Origin: an uncultured bacterium
GTDB lineage: Bacteria; Bacillota_I; Bacilli_A; RFN20; CAG-826
Assembly (NCBI GenBank): GCA_949285455.1
Contig: CASDXP010000004.1
Span: 5,609 to 69,608 of the forward strand
Reading direction: 5' to 3'
DNA: 64,000 nucleotides
The translations under genes and the position numbers were made by a program. The notes below the pieces were generated by a model. The model was not told where the DNA came from, did no database searches, and saw nothing but the letters and a program-made list of their open reading frames with translations. This document shows positions 1 to 8,874 of the stretch, piece by piece (position 1 is the first letter of the stretch; each line of letters starts with the position of its first letter).

Positions 1-380
1 CTTAGCGTTTTAAAATAAACGTTAGTCTTGACAGTTTTAGATATCTCATATTTTTTTGAGATGATAGTATAGCCACTTAAAACGACGTGTTTCTTACCGC
101 TTAACAAACGTAACATACGTTTAGCGTCTTCTTCATCGATTGGTTTACCTAAGACTTCATCTTTAATACAGACGATCGTATCGCAGGCTAAAACGATATC
201 ATCGACATGTGATTTATAAACTTGATAAGCTTTTAGTCTCGCTAAATCGTAGGCTAAATCTTCATTGTTTAAATCAGGATGAAGTGATTCATCATATTTT
301 GAAGGGATGATGATAAAATCATCAGTAATTAAATGCAAAAGTTCTTGACGTCTGGGGGAACTAGAAGCCAAAATTAACAT
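1..380 (-). CDS. maf: Maf-like nucleotide pyrophosphatase (septum formation protein Maf); C-terminal part runs off the window
   Basis: Reverse-strand translation from ATG (380-378) reads MLILASSSPRRQELLHLITDDFIIIPSKYDE..., which carries the Maf SSPRR signature. It lies 6 nt downstream of rnj on the same strand. Confidence 0.8.
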   Translation of the reverse strand, partial: MLILASSSPRRQELLHLITDDFIIIPSKYDESLHPDLNNEDLAYDLARLKAYQVYKSHVDDIVLACDTIVCIKDEVLGKPIDEEDAKRMLRLLSGKKHVVLSGYTIISKKYEISKTVKTNVYFKTL

Positions 381-386
381 AAATTA

Positions 387-2069
387 TTAGCCTTTCATCT
401 TATTAATTAAAATGATGATCATCGGCGAACGTTCCGTCATATTGTAGACATATTTTTTAATCGTTGATTCGATGTTATGCTTTACTTTTATTTCATCAAA
501 TGATGGCGATTTTAAAGCGAGTAGTATCTCTTCTTTCACCTTGTTTTTAATTTCCACTAGAACATCATTATCTTCAAGATACATGAAGCCGCGTGAAAAG
601 ATGATTGGTTCATCGATGAGATTTCGATGTTCCGTATCGACGTTAGCGGCAGTGATGATGAGACCTTCATCATTTAAAATTTTACGGTCACGGATGACGT
701 TAGCGTTTAGTCCAGATAAGTCATTTCCGTCGATGTAAACGTCATCAGCAGGAACTTTACCGTCTTTGACGATAAATTCATTTTTCATATTTAAAACATC
801 GCCATTTTCATTGATGAAAACATTTTCTTTGGGTATTCCTAATGAAATAGCAATATTTCCATGGATTTTTAACATACGATATTCGCCGTGCATCGGCATG
901 AAATATTTTGGTCTTAATAATTTGAGCATCAAACGCAATTCTTGTTTTGCTGGGTGGCCAGAAGAATGAATTTCGCTTAGAACAGTATTTGTTAATACAT
1001 TTGCGCCTGAGCGTGTGAGTTTGTTGACGACGCGATTGATCGAGGCACCGTTTCCAGGAATGGCGGAGCTAGAGAAAACGACTGTATCGCCTGGAATGAT
1101 AGATAGTTGTTTATGATCTCCATTTGCAATTCTTGCTAAAGCCGCCATCGGCTCACCTTGTGAACCAGTGCAAATAATACATAATTCGTTATTTCTTACC
1201 ATTTTTACATGTTCGACATCGACGATTTTTTCATCAGGTATACGCATGTATCCATATTGTCTAGAAAATTCGACGATAGCTTCCATCGAACGACCGACGA
1301 CGCATACTTTTCTTCCAAATTTGACAGCGGCTTCGATAATTTGTTGAATACGCGATAAGTTAGAAGAGAAAGTGGAAACGATAAGTCTTCCCGTCGCAGT
1401 GGAAAAGATGTCATTAATTGATTTAACGACGTTAGTCTCACTTGGCGTGTAGCCTTCTATTTCGGCATTCGTCGAATCAGAAAGTAGTAAAGTGACACCT
1501 TCATCACCTAATTTTGCTAATTTATCAAGTTCGATATCTGGTCCAATTGGTGTTAAGTCAATTTTAAAATCACCAGTGGAAACGATCCTTCCTTCTTTTG
1601 TATCGACACATATGCCATAGGAATCAGGAATGGAATGAGTGACGTGAAAGAAAGAAACTTTAAATTCACCAGCGACATCGATGATGGAATCAGATTTATA
1701 AGGAACGATACGAACATTTTCTTTAATTTTATTCTCTTCTAATTTCCTTTTTATTAAAGCGACCGCGAAAGGTGGAGCGTAAATAATTGGAATATGCACC
1801 GTTTGAATTAAAAAAGGAATACCACCGATATGATCTTCGTGACCATGCGTGATAAAAAGCGCTTTAATCTTATTACGGTTATTTTTTAGATGCGTATAGT
1901 CAGGGATGACGTAATCCACCCCAATTAAATCTTCTTCAGGAAATCTGACGCCAGCATCAAGTAAGATGATGGAATTGGTACTTTCGATAGCGTAGGTATT
2001 TTTACCTACTTCACAAAGACCGCCCAAAGCGTAGATGCGAATCGGCTCAAATGAAAGACTAGACGACAT
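387..2069 (-). CDS. rnj: Ribonuclease J (metallo-beta-lactamase / beta-CASP RNase)
   Basis: 560 aa. HGHEDHIGG metallo-beta-lactamase motif, conserved N-terminus IYALGGLCEVGKN, and length and C-terminal domain typical of RNase J1/J2. Confidence 0.95.
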   Translation of the reverse strand: MSSSLSFEPIRIYALGGLCEVGKNTYAIESTNSIILLDAGVRFPEEDLIGVDYVIPDYTHLKNNRNKIKALFITHGHEDHIGGIPFLIQTVHIPIIYAPPFAVALIKRKLEENKIKENVRIVPYKSDSIIDVAGEFKVSFFHVTHSIPDSYGICVDTKEGRIVSTGDFKIDLTPIGPDIELDKLAKLGDEGVTLLLSDSTNAEIEGYTPSETNVVKSINDIFSTATGRLIVSTFSSNLSRIQQIIEAAVKFGRKVCVVGRSMEAIVEFSRQYGYMRIPDEKIVDVEHVKMVRNNELCIICTGSQGEPMAALARIANGDHKQLSIIPGDTVVFSSSAIPGNGASINRVVNKLTRSGANVLTNTVLSEIHSSGHPAKQELRLMLKLLRPKYFMPMHGEYRMLKIHGNIAISLGIPKENVFINENGDVLNMKNEFIVKDGKVPADDVYIDGNDLSGLNANVIRDRKILNDEGLIITAANVDTEHRNLIDEPIIFSRGFMYLEDNDVLVEIKNKVKEEILLALKSPSFDEIKVKHNIESTIKKYVYNMTERSPMIIILINKMKG

Positions 2070-2217
2070 ATATATTTACCTCCTTTCGAGGACAAGCTGC
2101 ATGCTTATGTAAGATAAATCTTACAATTCATTATGCCATTATTTTTAGGCTTTGTCTATAAGAGAAAGCGATTATTTTCAAATGAATTATGGCGATAGAA
2201 CTACTATTTTAAAAAAA

Positions 2218-2763
2218 TTATAAAGCGATAGCGGATTCTTTAATTTTAAATGGTTCAAGTTTATCGATGCGATCGTAATATAAGATACCATCGAGGTGAT
2301 CAATTTCATGTTGGAGGGCGATCGCTAATAAGTCTTTAGCTTTAAAAGATATCATCTTATCATCTAGATAAGAATAACCTTCGACAGTAATTTTATAACT
2401 GCGGTAGACATAACCTTCGTGTTTTTTTGGAACGGAAAGACAACCCTCACCATTTGTAAGATAAGATTCTTTGACGCTTTTTGAGATGATGATAGGGTTA
2501 GCAAGAACGTAACTTGTTTCTTTATTTTCTTCTTTGATGTAGATGGCGATAAGACGAATATTTTTATCAATTTGTGGTGCGGCTAAACCAATACCTGGTT
2601 GAATATGATATTTTTCCGCGAGCTCATCATCTTGTGACATCTTTAAATAATCGAGCATCGAAAGCCCGAGCGATTTATATTTATCTAATTCCTCTTTAGC
2701 GATAGGAGTGGACTTCATCCTTAGCGATTTTTGTTTATCTTGTACAATCTTAAAAATTTTCAT
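2218..2763 (-). CDS. def: Peptide deformylase
   Basis: 181 aa with the three Def motifs: GIGLAAPQ, EGCLS and HEIDHL. Confidence 0.95.
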   Translation of the reverse strand: MKIFKIVQDKQKSLRMKSTPIAKEELDKYKSLGLSMLDYLKMSQDDELAEKYHIQPGIGLAAPQIDKNIRLIAIYIKEENKETSYVLANPIIISKSVKESYLTNGEGCLSVPKKHEGYVYRSYKITVEGYSYLDDKMISFKAKDLLAIALQHEIDHLDGILYYDRIDKLEPFKIKESAIAL

Positions 2764-2803
2764 GAATTTATTTTATCACTAAAGTGGTTATAATGATAAT
2801 AAT

Positions 2804-3148
2804 ATGAATGATTTAATTTATGAAGATATTCAAGTTATTAAGACCGTTATCGCAAATTCAAAAGAATATAAAAGAATAAAAGAAGTCACTAGCGAGATGG
2901 AAAATAATATTGAAGTGATAAATCTATATCAAATTAAAGAAAAAAGTTTAATACTTTACGAAGACAGTTTAAAACATTTTTCTTTCGATGATGAATACGT
3001 CGTTAAATTAAGAAAAGAATTATTAGAAGCGAATAAAGCGCTTAATTCTCATCCGTTAGTGAAAGAATATAATTATTTATATAAGTACTTAAGAAGTATT
3101 GATCACAAAATAGAAAAGGAAATATTTCTTCCTTTTAAAAAAGGTTAG
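2804..3148 (+). CDS. YlbF/YmcA-like small regulatory protein (UPF0342-like)
   Basis: 114-aa helical acidic/basic protein. It lies directly upstream of rsmD, as ylbF does in Bacillus gene order. The similarity is recalled, not computed. Confidence 0.45.
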   Translation: MNDLIYEDIQVIKTVIANSKEYKRIKEVTSEMENNIEVINLYQIKEKSLILYEDSLKHFSFDDEYVVKLRKELLEANKALNSHPLVKEYNYLYKYLRSIDHKIEKEIFLPFKKG

Positions 3149-3154
3149 AACAAT

Positions 3155-3682
3155 ATGCGCATCGTCGGTGGAATATATCGTCACAGATTGATAAATTTTA
3201 TTGTAGATAAGAATGTACGCGCTTCTAAAGATCGCGTTAGAGAAGCTATTTTTAATGCTTTAGGACAAAATATTGAAGGGGATGTTCTAGACTTATTTTG
3301 TGGTTTTGGTGGCTATGGATTAGAAGCTTTATCAAGAGGAGCGAACTTCATCACTTTTTTAGATCATTACCAAGTTTCCATCACTTGTTTAAAAAAGACT
3401 TTGAAAGATTTAAAAGTGGAAAACGCAGAATATGAAATCATCTTTGATGATTATCAATCTATTTATCAAAGTAAGAAAAAATATGATTACATTTTCTTAG
3501 ATCCACCTTATCAATTTATTCATTACGAGACGTTAGTGAGTTTCTTATTCACTAATTTATTAAAAGAAGGAGGAAAATTAGTGGTCGAAGCTGATCACGA
3601 TTTAGATTTTTCTTCATTAAATTATAAAAAGAGCAGGATGTATTTACATAATCCCGCTCATATATTTATCCTAGAAAAATAG
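3155..3682 (+). CDS. rsmD: 16S rRNA (guanine966-N2)-methyltransferase RsmD
   Basis: 175 aa. Starts MRIVGG..R, has the SAM-binding DLFCGFGGYGLEALSRGA stretch and the DPPY motif (FLDPPYQ). Confidence 0.85.
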   Translation: MRIVGGIYRHRLINFIVDKNVRASKDRVREAIFNALGQNIEGDVLDLFCGFGGYGLEALSRGANFITFLDHYQVSITCLKKTLKDLKVENAEYEIIFDDYQSIYQSKKKYDYIFLDPPYQFIHYETLVSFLFTNLLKEGGKLVVEADHDLDFSSLNYKKSRMYLHNPAHIFILEK

Positions 3683-3685
3683 TTT

Positions 3686-4360
3686 TTATTTTTTGTTCTT
3701 TTTGACGTAACAAAGAGTTAAATTTAATTTTTTTGTATCCCCACGCTTTTCTGAATAGAATAAATTATCATTTTCATAAGTGCAGTAGGGGCTAAGATCC
3801 ATATTAGAAAATTTGAAGCCGATTTCTTCTAACGTCAAAACATTCATGAGAGGAATATCGACATAATTTACTTTATTAGCGGGTTTGATAGCGCGTGCGA
3901 ACCCTTTTTCGATTAATTCTTCTTTCTTTTTATCATCGATCGTGACGCTAGAAGAGTGAATGCTAGGGGCAAAATAGACGCATAATTTATCTGGATGATA
4001 GCCTTTTTCAACAATAGCTTTTGCGAGGTTTATCACTTCTCTATTCATCGAGGCATTTAAATCGAATAAGCCCATAGCGAATACTTCGAGTTTAGGATGA
4101 TAGATAATGATCACTAATTCGTCGTGATGTAAGATGCCTAAATTAGCGTCGCCTTCTAAATGTAAAGGATAATTGCCTCTTCTATTTGCGTAAACTTTTG
4201 CTTCGATGCCAAGTTTATTCAATACCTCTTTTTCATAATCTTTTTGCGATAAAAAAGGAATATCGCTTAGAAAAGCTTTGACTGTCGTAATGCTAGAAAG
4301 ATGTGAGTTACGTAATTTGTTAATAATATTATGTTTCATATAACTTTTAAAAAACCGCAT
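3686..4360 (-). CDS. Divergent YfiH/PgeF (DUF152, laccase-domain) family protein
   Basis: The C-terminus ...DLSPYCTYENDNLFYSEKR resembles the DUF152 ending (CT....FFS.RR). The central His/Cys region is divergent. Confidence 0.45.
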   Translation of the reverse strand: MRFFKSYMKHNIINKLRNSHLSSITTVKAFLSDIPFLSQKDYEKEVLNKLGIEAKVYANRRGNYPLHLEGDANLGILHHDELVIIIYHPKLEVFAMGLFDLNASMNREVINLAKAIVEKGYHPDKLCVYFAPSIHSSSVTIDDKKKEELIEKGFARAIKPANKVNYVDIPLMNVLTLEEIGFKFSNMDLSPYCTYENDNLFYSEKRGDTKKLNLTLCYVKKNKK

Positions 4361-4383
4361 TGAAGCGGTTCATATTTTTAATG

Positions 4384-5205
4384 TTATTCGTGATAGCCTT
4401 CAGCGAACATGCCGGTATGATTCCATGCATCCATGATAAGAAGAGCACGTGTACGATCATTTTCGTCATCATTCGCAGACGGAGTTAAGATGAAGAATAC
4501 CTCAGAGATGACATCAGTTCTCACTTCAGCGGTGAAATCGATGAGTAGAGTTGTCGGAGTTTCAAACGTCTCCACACTAATCATAGCATCGAGTTCATCT
4601 TGATAAGTGGCAGGAGCGTTAACGTAATATGGTCTTTGCGTTGCGTCTTCCGCCGCTCTTTCAAAAAGCGTACCGCCCCAAGTACCATTGTAATAAGTTT
4701 TCCAAGCACTATTTTCGATCAAATCAGATTTATCATCGACTTCTTGTAAGCAATCGACAGTGTGGAATTTAAATTCTAAACCATCATTTGGCGTAAATAA
4801 ATCATTACCCCATTCTTTTTGCACGGTTTCGAACGCACCTTTCATCGTTTCGCAACCAGCACAGCTATCTTGATAGAAAGTGAGGAAGAATTTTTCACCA
4901 TATTTATCGATGATTTCTTCATCTTTTGTCCCATCTTCACGGTAATTCAAAATAGCTTCAGTTAATTTTTCGACATCGCTCGTGCCATTTTTACGTTTGA
5001 CACCATTGAGAGAAACACGATAACTATCGTAGAATTCGTAAGTATCTTCTTCTAATGCTGCTTGGATAGCAGAGGTGATGGGAGGGATAGAGAAAATGAC
5101 AGCAAAGATGACACCGACGATAAGTAATGGTTGTACCCAAGCCGTATTTTTAATCCATTTCCATATTTTAACGAAGAAATTACCAATAGCGCGTAATACT
5201 TTCAT
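4384..5205 (-). CDS. Membrane-anchored thioredoxin-fold-like protein with CxxC motif (function unknown)
   Basis: N-terminal TM helix (WVQPLLIVGVIFAVIFSIPPI) followed by an extracytoplasmic domain carrying FYQDSCAGCETMK. No confident family assignment. Confidence 0.4.
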   Translation of the reverse strand: MKVLRAIGNFFVKIWKWIKNTAWVQPLLIVGVIFAVIFSIPPITSAIQAALEEDTYEFYDSYRVSLNGVKRKNGTSDVEKLTEAILNYREDGTKDEEIIDKYGEKFFLTFYQDSCAGCETMKGAFETVQKEWGNDLFTPNDGLEFKFHTVDCLQEVDDKSDLIENSAWKTYYNGTWGGTLFERAAEDATQRPYYVNAPATYQDELDAMISVETFETPTTLLIDFTAEVRTDVISEVFFILTPSANDDENDRTRALLIMDAWNHTGMFAEGYHE

Positions 5206-5344
5206 AAGACCCTCCTAGATTGTGAGCGATAATAATATTATCACTCGGTGAACACTAATTCAACGTTTATAATAATAATAAAAAAATAATTCATTTATCA
5301 AGTAGATATTTTTAAAGTCTTATGTATAATAGTAGCGAGGCTAT

Positions 5345-6418
5345 ATGAAAAGAAGCGAACGAATTAAGAAAAAAATCGATAATTTCTTCTTCGATCACCC
5401 AGTGTTAAGAAGTACATCTTTTTATACTTACAGCATCATTTTTTGCTTATTCTCTGCTTTCCTCCTCGCTTTTTCTATAAGAGCTTTCATCACCCCGAGC
5501 CAAGTAATTGCTGGTATCGAAGCAGGGGAACTTCCTCGTATCGTTTCTGGTGGGATGAGTGGTGTATCGCAAAATATTGTTAAAATTTTCCAAATGTGTG
5601 GTGTGACGGATGAAAATTTAGTCAATACTATTCAATCGACATTCTACGCTATTATCAACATACCTTTAATCGTCTTAGCGTTTTTAAAAATCGGGAAAAA
5701 GTTTGCGATTTTTTCTGCAATTAACGTCGTCGCAACATCTTTATTTATCCAATTCTTACCCGCAGATTTTATCGATGGTATTTCCTTACATTTTGCTAAT
5801 CAATTATTAGCAAGAGGCTTATTTGCTGGCATCTTTTCTGGTCTATCGACCGCTATTGCATTTAAAGTCAATCAATCCGCAGGTGGCTTAGATATTTTGT
5901 CATTTTATTTCGCTGCAAGAAAAAATAAGAGCGTCGGTTCTTACATCGTCTTATTCAATGCTTGTATCATCGGCTTGTACGCTATTTTGTCTTTGTTTAG
6001 TCCGGATACTTTCCAACTTCATTTTGCTGGTATCGAAACTTACGTTTTCCCAAATGACTTCTTAAAATTATTCTCTTCTATTTTAACTTTGACTTTATTC
6101 TCTGTCGTCTACATGTTCGCATACGCTTTAGTGGTGGACTTAATCAATGCAAGGAATAAGAAAGTACAAGTGCAAATTATTACTGAGCAAGAAACTCTTA
6201 GCGATATTTTAATCGCCAATTTCCCTCATAGCGCCACACTCCTTCACGGTACAGGCGCCTATTCAAAGAAAGATAAAATTATCATCTACATGGTCGTTTC
6301 TACGTCTGAAACAAAACATGTTGTCAAAGTTATTCAAACTGCTGATCCTAATGCTTTCATCAACATTATTAATCTACAACAAGTTTACGGTAAATTTTTC
6401 ATCCGTCCTATGGATTAA
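5345..6418 (+). CDS. YitT family membrane protein (DUF2179 C-terminal domain)
   Basis: 357 aa with multiple TM helices, GGLDILS-type motifs and a soluble C-terminal domain typical of YitT-like proteins. Confidence 0.75.
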   Translation: MKRSERIKKKIDNFFFDHPVLRSTSFYTYSIIFCLFSAFLLAFSIRAFITPSQVIAGIEAGELPRIVSGGMSGVSQNIVKIFQMCGVTDENLVNTIQSTFYAIINIPLIVLAFLKIGKKFAIFSAINVVATSLFIQFLPADFIDGISLHFANQLLARGLFAGIFSGLSTAIAFKVNQSAGGLDILSFYFAARKNKSVGSYIVLFNACIIGLYAILSLFSPDTFQLHFAGIETYVFPNDFLKLFSSILTLTLFSVVYMFAYALVVDLINARNKKVQVQIITEQETLSDILIANFPHSATLLHGTGAYSKKDKIIIYMVVSTSETKHVVKVIQTADPNAFINIINLQQVYGKFFIRPMD

Positions 6419-6454
6419 TTAATCTTATTAATTCTCTATTGTAACATCGCTAAT

Positions 6455-7327
6455 TTGGACTATAATTTAGAGACGATGAAAGAAGAATTAAGACTTTTGA
6501 CAATTCAAGATTATTCATGCCTAGGAAGGTGTTCTTTAACTGTCGCCTTGCCAGTCATTTCATCTTGCCAAATTGAATGTGTTGGAGTGCCTTCCGCTAT
6601 TTTGTCTAACCATACGGCAGGTTTTGCTTCCTGGACTTATTTAGATTTAAAAGATGAACTATTGAAAATTGTCGATAAATGGGACGATTATAAGCATCAT
6701 TTCGATGCCATCTACACAGGCTATCTTCCGACGAATCAAATTGATGTCATCAAGCAAATCCTTACTAAATTTAAACAAAAAGATACTTTGATTTACGTCG
6801 ATCCTTGCTTTGCTGATTATGGGAAAATGTATGCTGGTTTTGATAAGAATCACGTAAATAAAATGAAAGAACTTATCAAGATGAGCGATGTCATTTTGCC
6901 AAATCTTACAGAAGCATGTTTTCTTAGCGATACCACTTATCGAGAAAATTTTAGTTTAGAAGAAATTTTATCTATTTTAGATAAATTATCATCTTTTGGC
7001 GTTAAAAAAATCATCTTAAGTGGTCTAACATTTTTAGAAGGAAAACTTACTTCTATCGCTTACGATAGCAAAACCAAACATTACGTTTTTGCTTCGACTG
7101 CTCGCTATCCTTATCGCTTTCATGGAACAGGGGATTTATTCGCTTCTAGTTACATCGCTTTATCATTGCGTGGCTTAAGAGATGAAATCGCTTTAGACAC
7201 GACTCAAAAGTTTATCGACTTAGCGATAAGAAATACTTTGAAATTAGGGGAGCCTAACATTTGTTATGGCGTCAATTTTGAAAGTGCTTTAAGTGTCTTA
7301 ATTGATGCTCTCAAAGAAAATAAATAA
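6455..7327 (+). CDS. pdxK: Pyridoxal/pyridoxamine kinase (ribokinase superfamily)
   Basis: LTIQDYSCLGRCSLTVALPVISS... N-terminus and a GTGDLF motif near the C-terminus. The ORF opens at TTG 6455; ATG 6476 (MKEEL...) is an equally plausible start. Confidence 0.8.
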   Translation: MDYNLETMKEELRLLTIQDYSCLGRCSLTVALPVISSCQIECVGVPSAILSNHTAGFASWTYLDLKDELLKIVDKWDDYKHHFDAIYTGYLPTNQIDVIKQILTKFKQKDTLIYVDPCFADYGKMYAGFDKNHVNKMKELIKMSDVILPNLTEACFLSDTTYRENFSLEEILSILDKLSSFGVKKIILSGLTFLEGKLTSIAYDSKTKHYVFASTARYPYRFHGTGDLFASSYIALSLRGLRDEIALDTTQKFIDLAIRNTLKLGEPNICYGVNFESALSVLIDALKENK

Positions 7328-7336
7328 AATGTAATT

Positions 7337-8197
7337 ATGAGAGTCATATATAAGAATCAAACATTCGAAAATGAAAGAGATTTATATGGTGCAAAAGACA
7401 TCATTATAGATTCTTGCTTAGTGGATGGAAAAAAAGATGGCGAGTCTTTTTTAAAAGAAGCTAGTAACGTCGAAGTCATCAATTCGAAATTTCACTTGCG
7501 TTATCCTTTTTGGCACGTCACTAATTTGAGCATATCGACGAGTGAGATGAATGAAACTTGTCGTGCACCTATTTGGTATAGCAAGAATATTAATATTTCC
7601 AATTCAAAGTTAAATGGCATCAAAGCTTTACGAGAATGCGAATATATTAATTTAACAAATTTATCCATCAATTCCCCGGAATTTGGTTGGAAAAGTCATC
7701 ATATTAAAGCTATAAATATTGCTCTTATTAGCGAGTATGCTTTCCTAGAGGCTTCCGATATTCATCTCAACAATTTAACGTTCGAAGGAAAATATTCTTT
7801 CCAATATTGTAAAGATGTGACTATAACTTGTTCTAAACTTGAGACGAAAGATTGTTTTTGGCACGCAAAAAACGTCATCATTAAAAACTCGATTATAAGT
7901 GGTGAATATCTTGCTTGGTATAGCGAAAATCTAACTTTTATCAACTGTAAAATTAGTGGAACACAACCATTTTGCTACTGCAAAAATTTAACTCTCATCA
8001 ATTGTACGATGGAAAGCTGTGACTTAGCTTTTGAATATAGTGAAGTAAACGCTAATATTGTTTCTTCCATCAAGTCGATTAAAAATCCCAGAAGTGGACA
8101 TATTAACGTTTCTAAAGTGGATGAAATTATTCTCACTGATGATGCTAAATTTCCGTGCGAAGCAATAATTGAAGAAAAGGATGAAAATAAGATATGA
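7337..8197 (+). CDS. DUF3737 family protein (predicted right-handed beta-helix)
   Basis: 286 aa. Repeated N-I/V-x-I-x-N-S/C rungs, GESFLKE, FWH...N motifs and IKNPRSGHI match my recollection of DUF3737. Confidence 0.65.
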   Translation: MRVIYKNQTFENERDLYGAKDIIIDSCLVDGKKDGESFLKEASNVEVINSKFHLRYPFWHVTNLSISTSEMNETCRAPIWYSKNINISNSKLNGIKALRECEYINLTNLSINSPEFGWKSHHIKAINIALISEYAFLEASDIHLNNLTFEGKYSFQYCKDVTITCSKLETKDCFWHAKNVIIKNSIISGEYLAWYSENLTFINCKISGTQPFCYCKNLTLINCTMESCDLAFEYSEVNANIVSSIKSIKNPRSGHINVSKVDEIILTDDAKFPCEAIIEEKDENKI

Positions 8198-8850
8198 GCG
8201 AAAAAGCGAAGAAAATTATTACTCTAATTGAAGGAATTCTTATTCTTCCAGCCTTAGGTTTAATTATGACTGATGCAATTTTTGATATTATCTATGGCGG
8301 TATGGGTCCAAAGTTTGTCACCGCTATTTTACTTATCGTCATGTGTGGAGCGAGTTTACTTATAGCTTTATCTTCATTTGGTTTCTTTAGAAAAGAAAAT
8401 TCAAAATTTTTACAAGGCGGTTATACTTATATTTTCAATTCCATTGGTGTCGCTTTAGTTATCGCAGGTATTATGTCTGCAATCGACGCACCTAGTGATC
8501 AAGCACCTTTAATTTATGCTTTCTCTGCTCTAATTATTATTTATTTTACTGTCTTTGGTTTCTTTGAAGGTCGAAAATCTTTACGCGCTTTTGCTCCATT
8601 TACGATGCTCATATTAATTGTGTGCTTTATTATTTACGTGATGCTTAATCCTACCATTTATAATTTCGTTGGTTTTGCTCTACTAACCATATGTGTCATC
8701 TTAAATTTAATTAAGTCGTTACCAAAAATTAATCATCATGATAAAAACGGTGAAGGTGGGAAAGGATTCAATTCTCATCCACTCGATAGTTTAGATGAGC
8801 CTAAAGATCCATTAGAAATTATTGCTTCAAATGTTAAAGATAGAGATTAA
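8194..8850 (+). CDS. Integral membrane protein, unknown function
   Basis: 218 aa with about 6 hydrophobic helices. Its ATGA start overlaps the stop of the upstream gene. Confidence 0.6.
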   Translation: MSEKAKKIITLIEGILILPALGLIMTDAIFDIIYGGMGPKFVTAILLIVMCGASLLIALSSFGFFRKENSKFLQGGYTYIFNSIGVALVIAGIMSAIDAPSDQAPLIYAFSALIIIYFTVFGFFEGRKSLRAFAPFTMLILIVCFIIYVMLNPTIYNFVGFALLTICVILNLIKSLPKINHHDKNGEGGKGFNSHPLDSLDEPKDPLEIIASNVKDRD

Positions 8851-8874
8851 ATAATTCTATTATTTATTTTTATT

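Noticed and set aside
472-1441. ORFs of 67-88 aa inside or antisense to rnj (472-738 +, 766-969 +, 1205-1441 -)
   Set aside because: They lie entirely within a strongly supported RNase J gene. They are low-complexity, lack RBSs and have no recognisable domains, as expected for AT-rich sequence.
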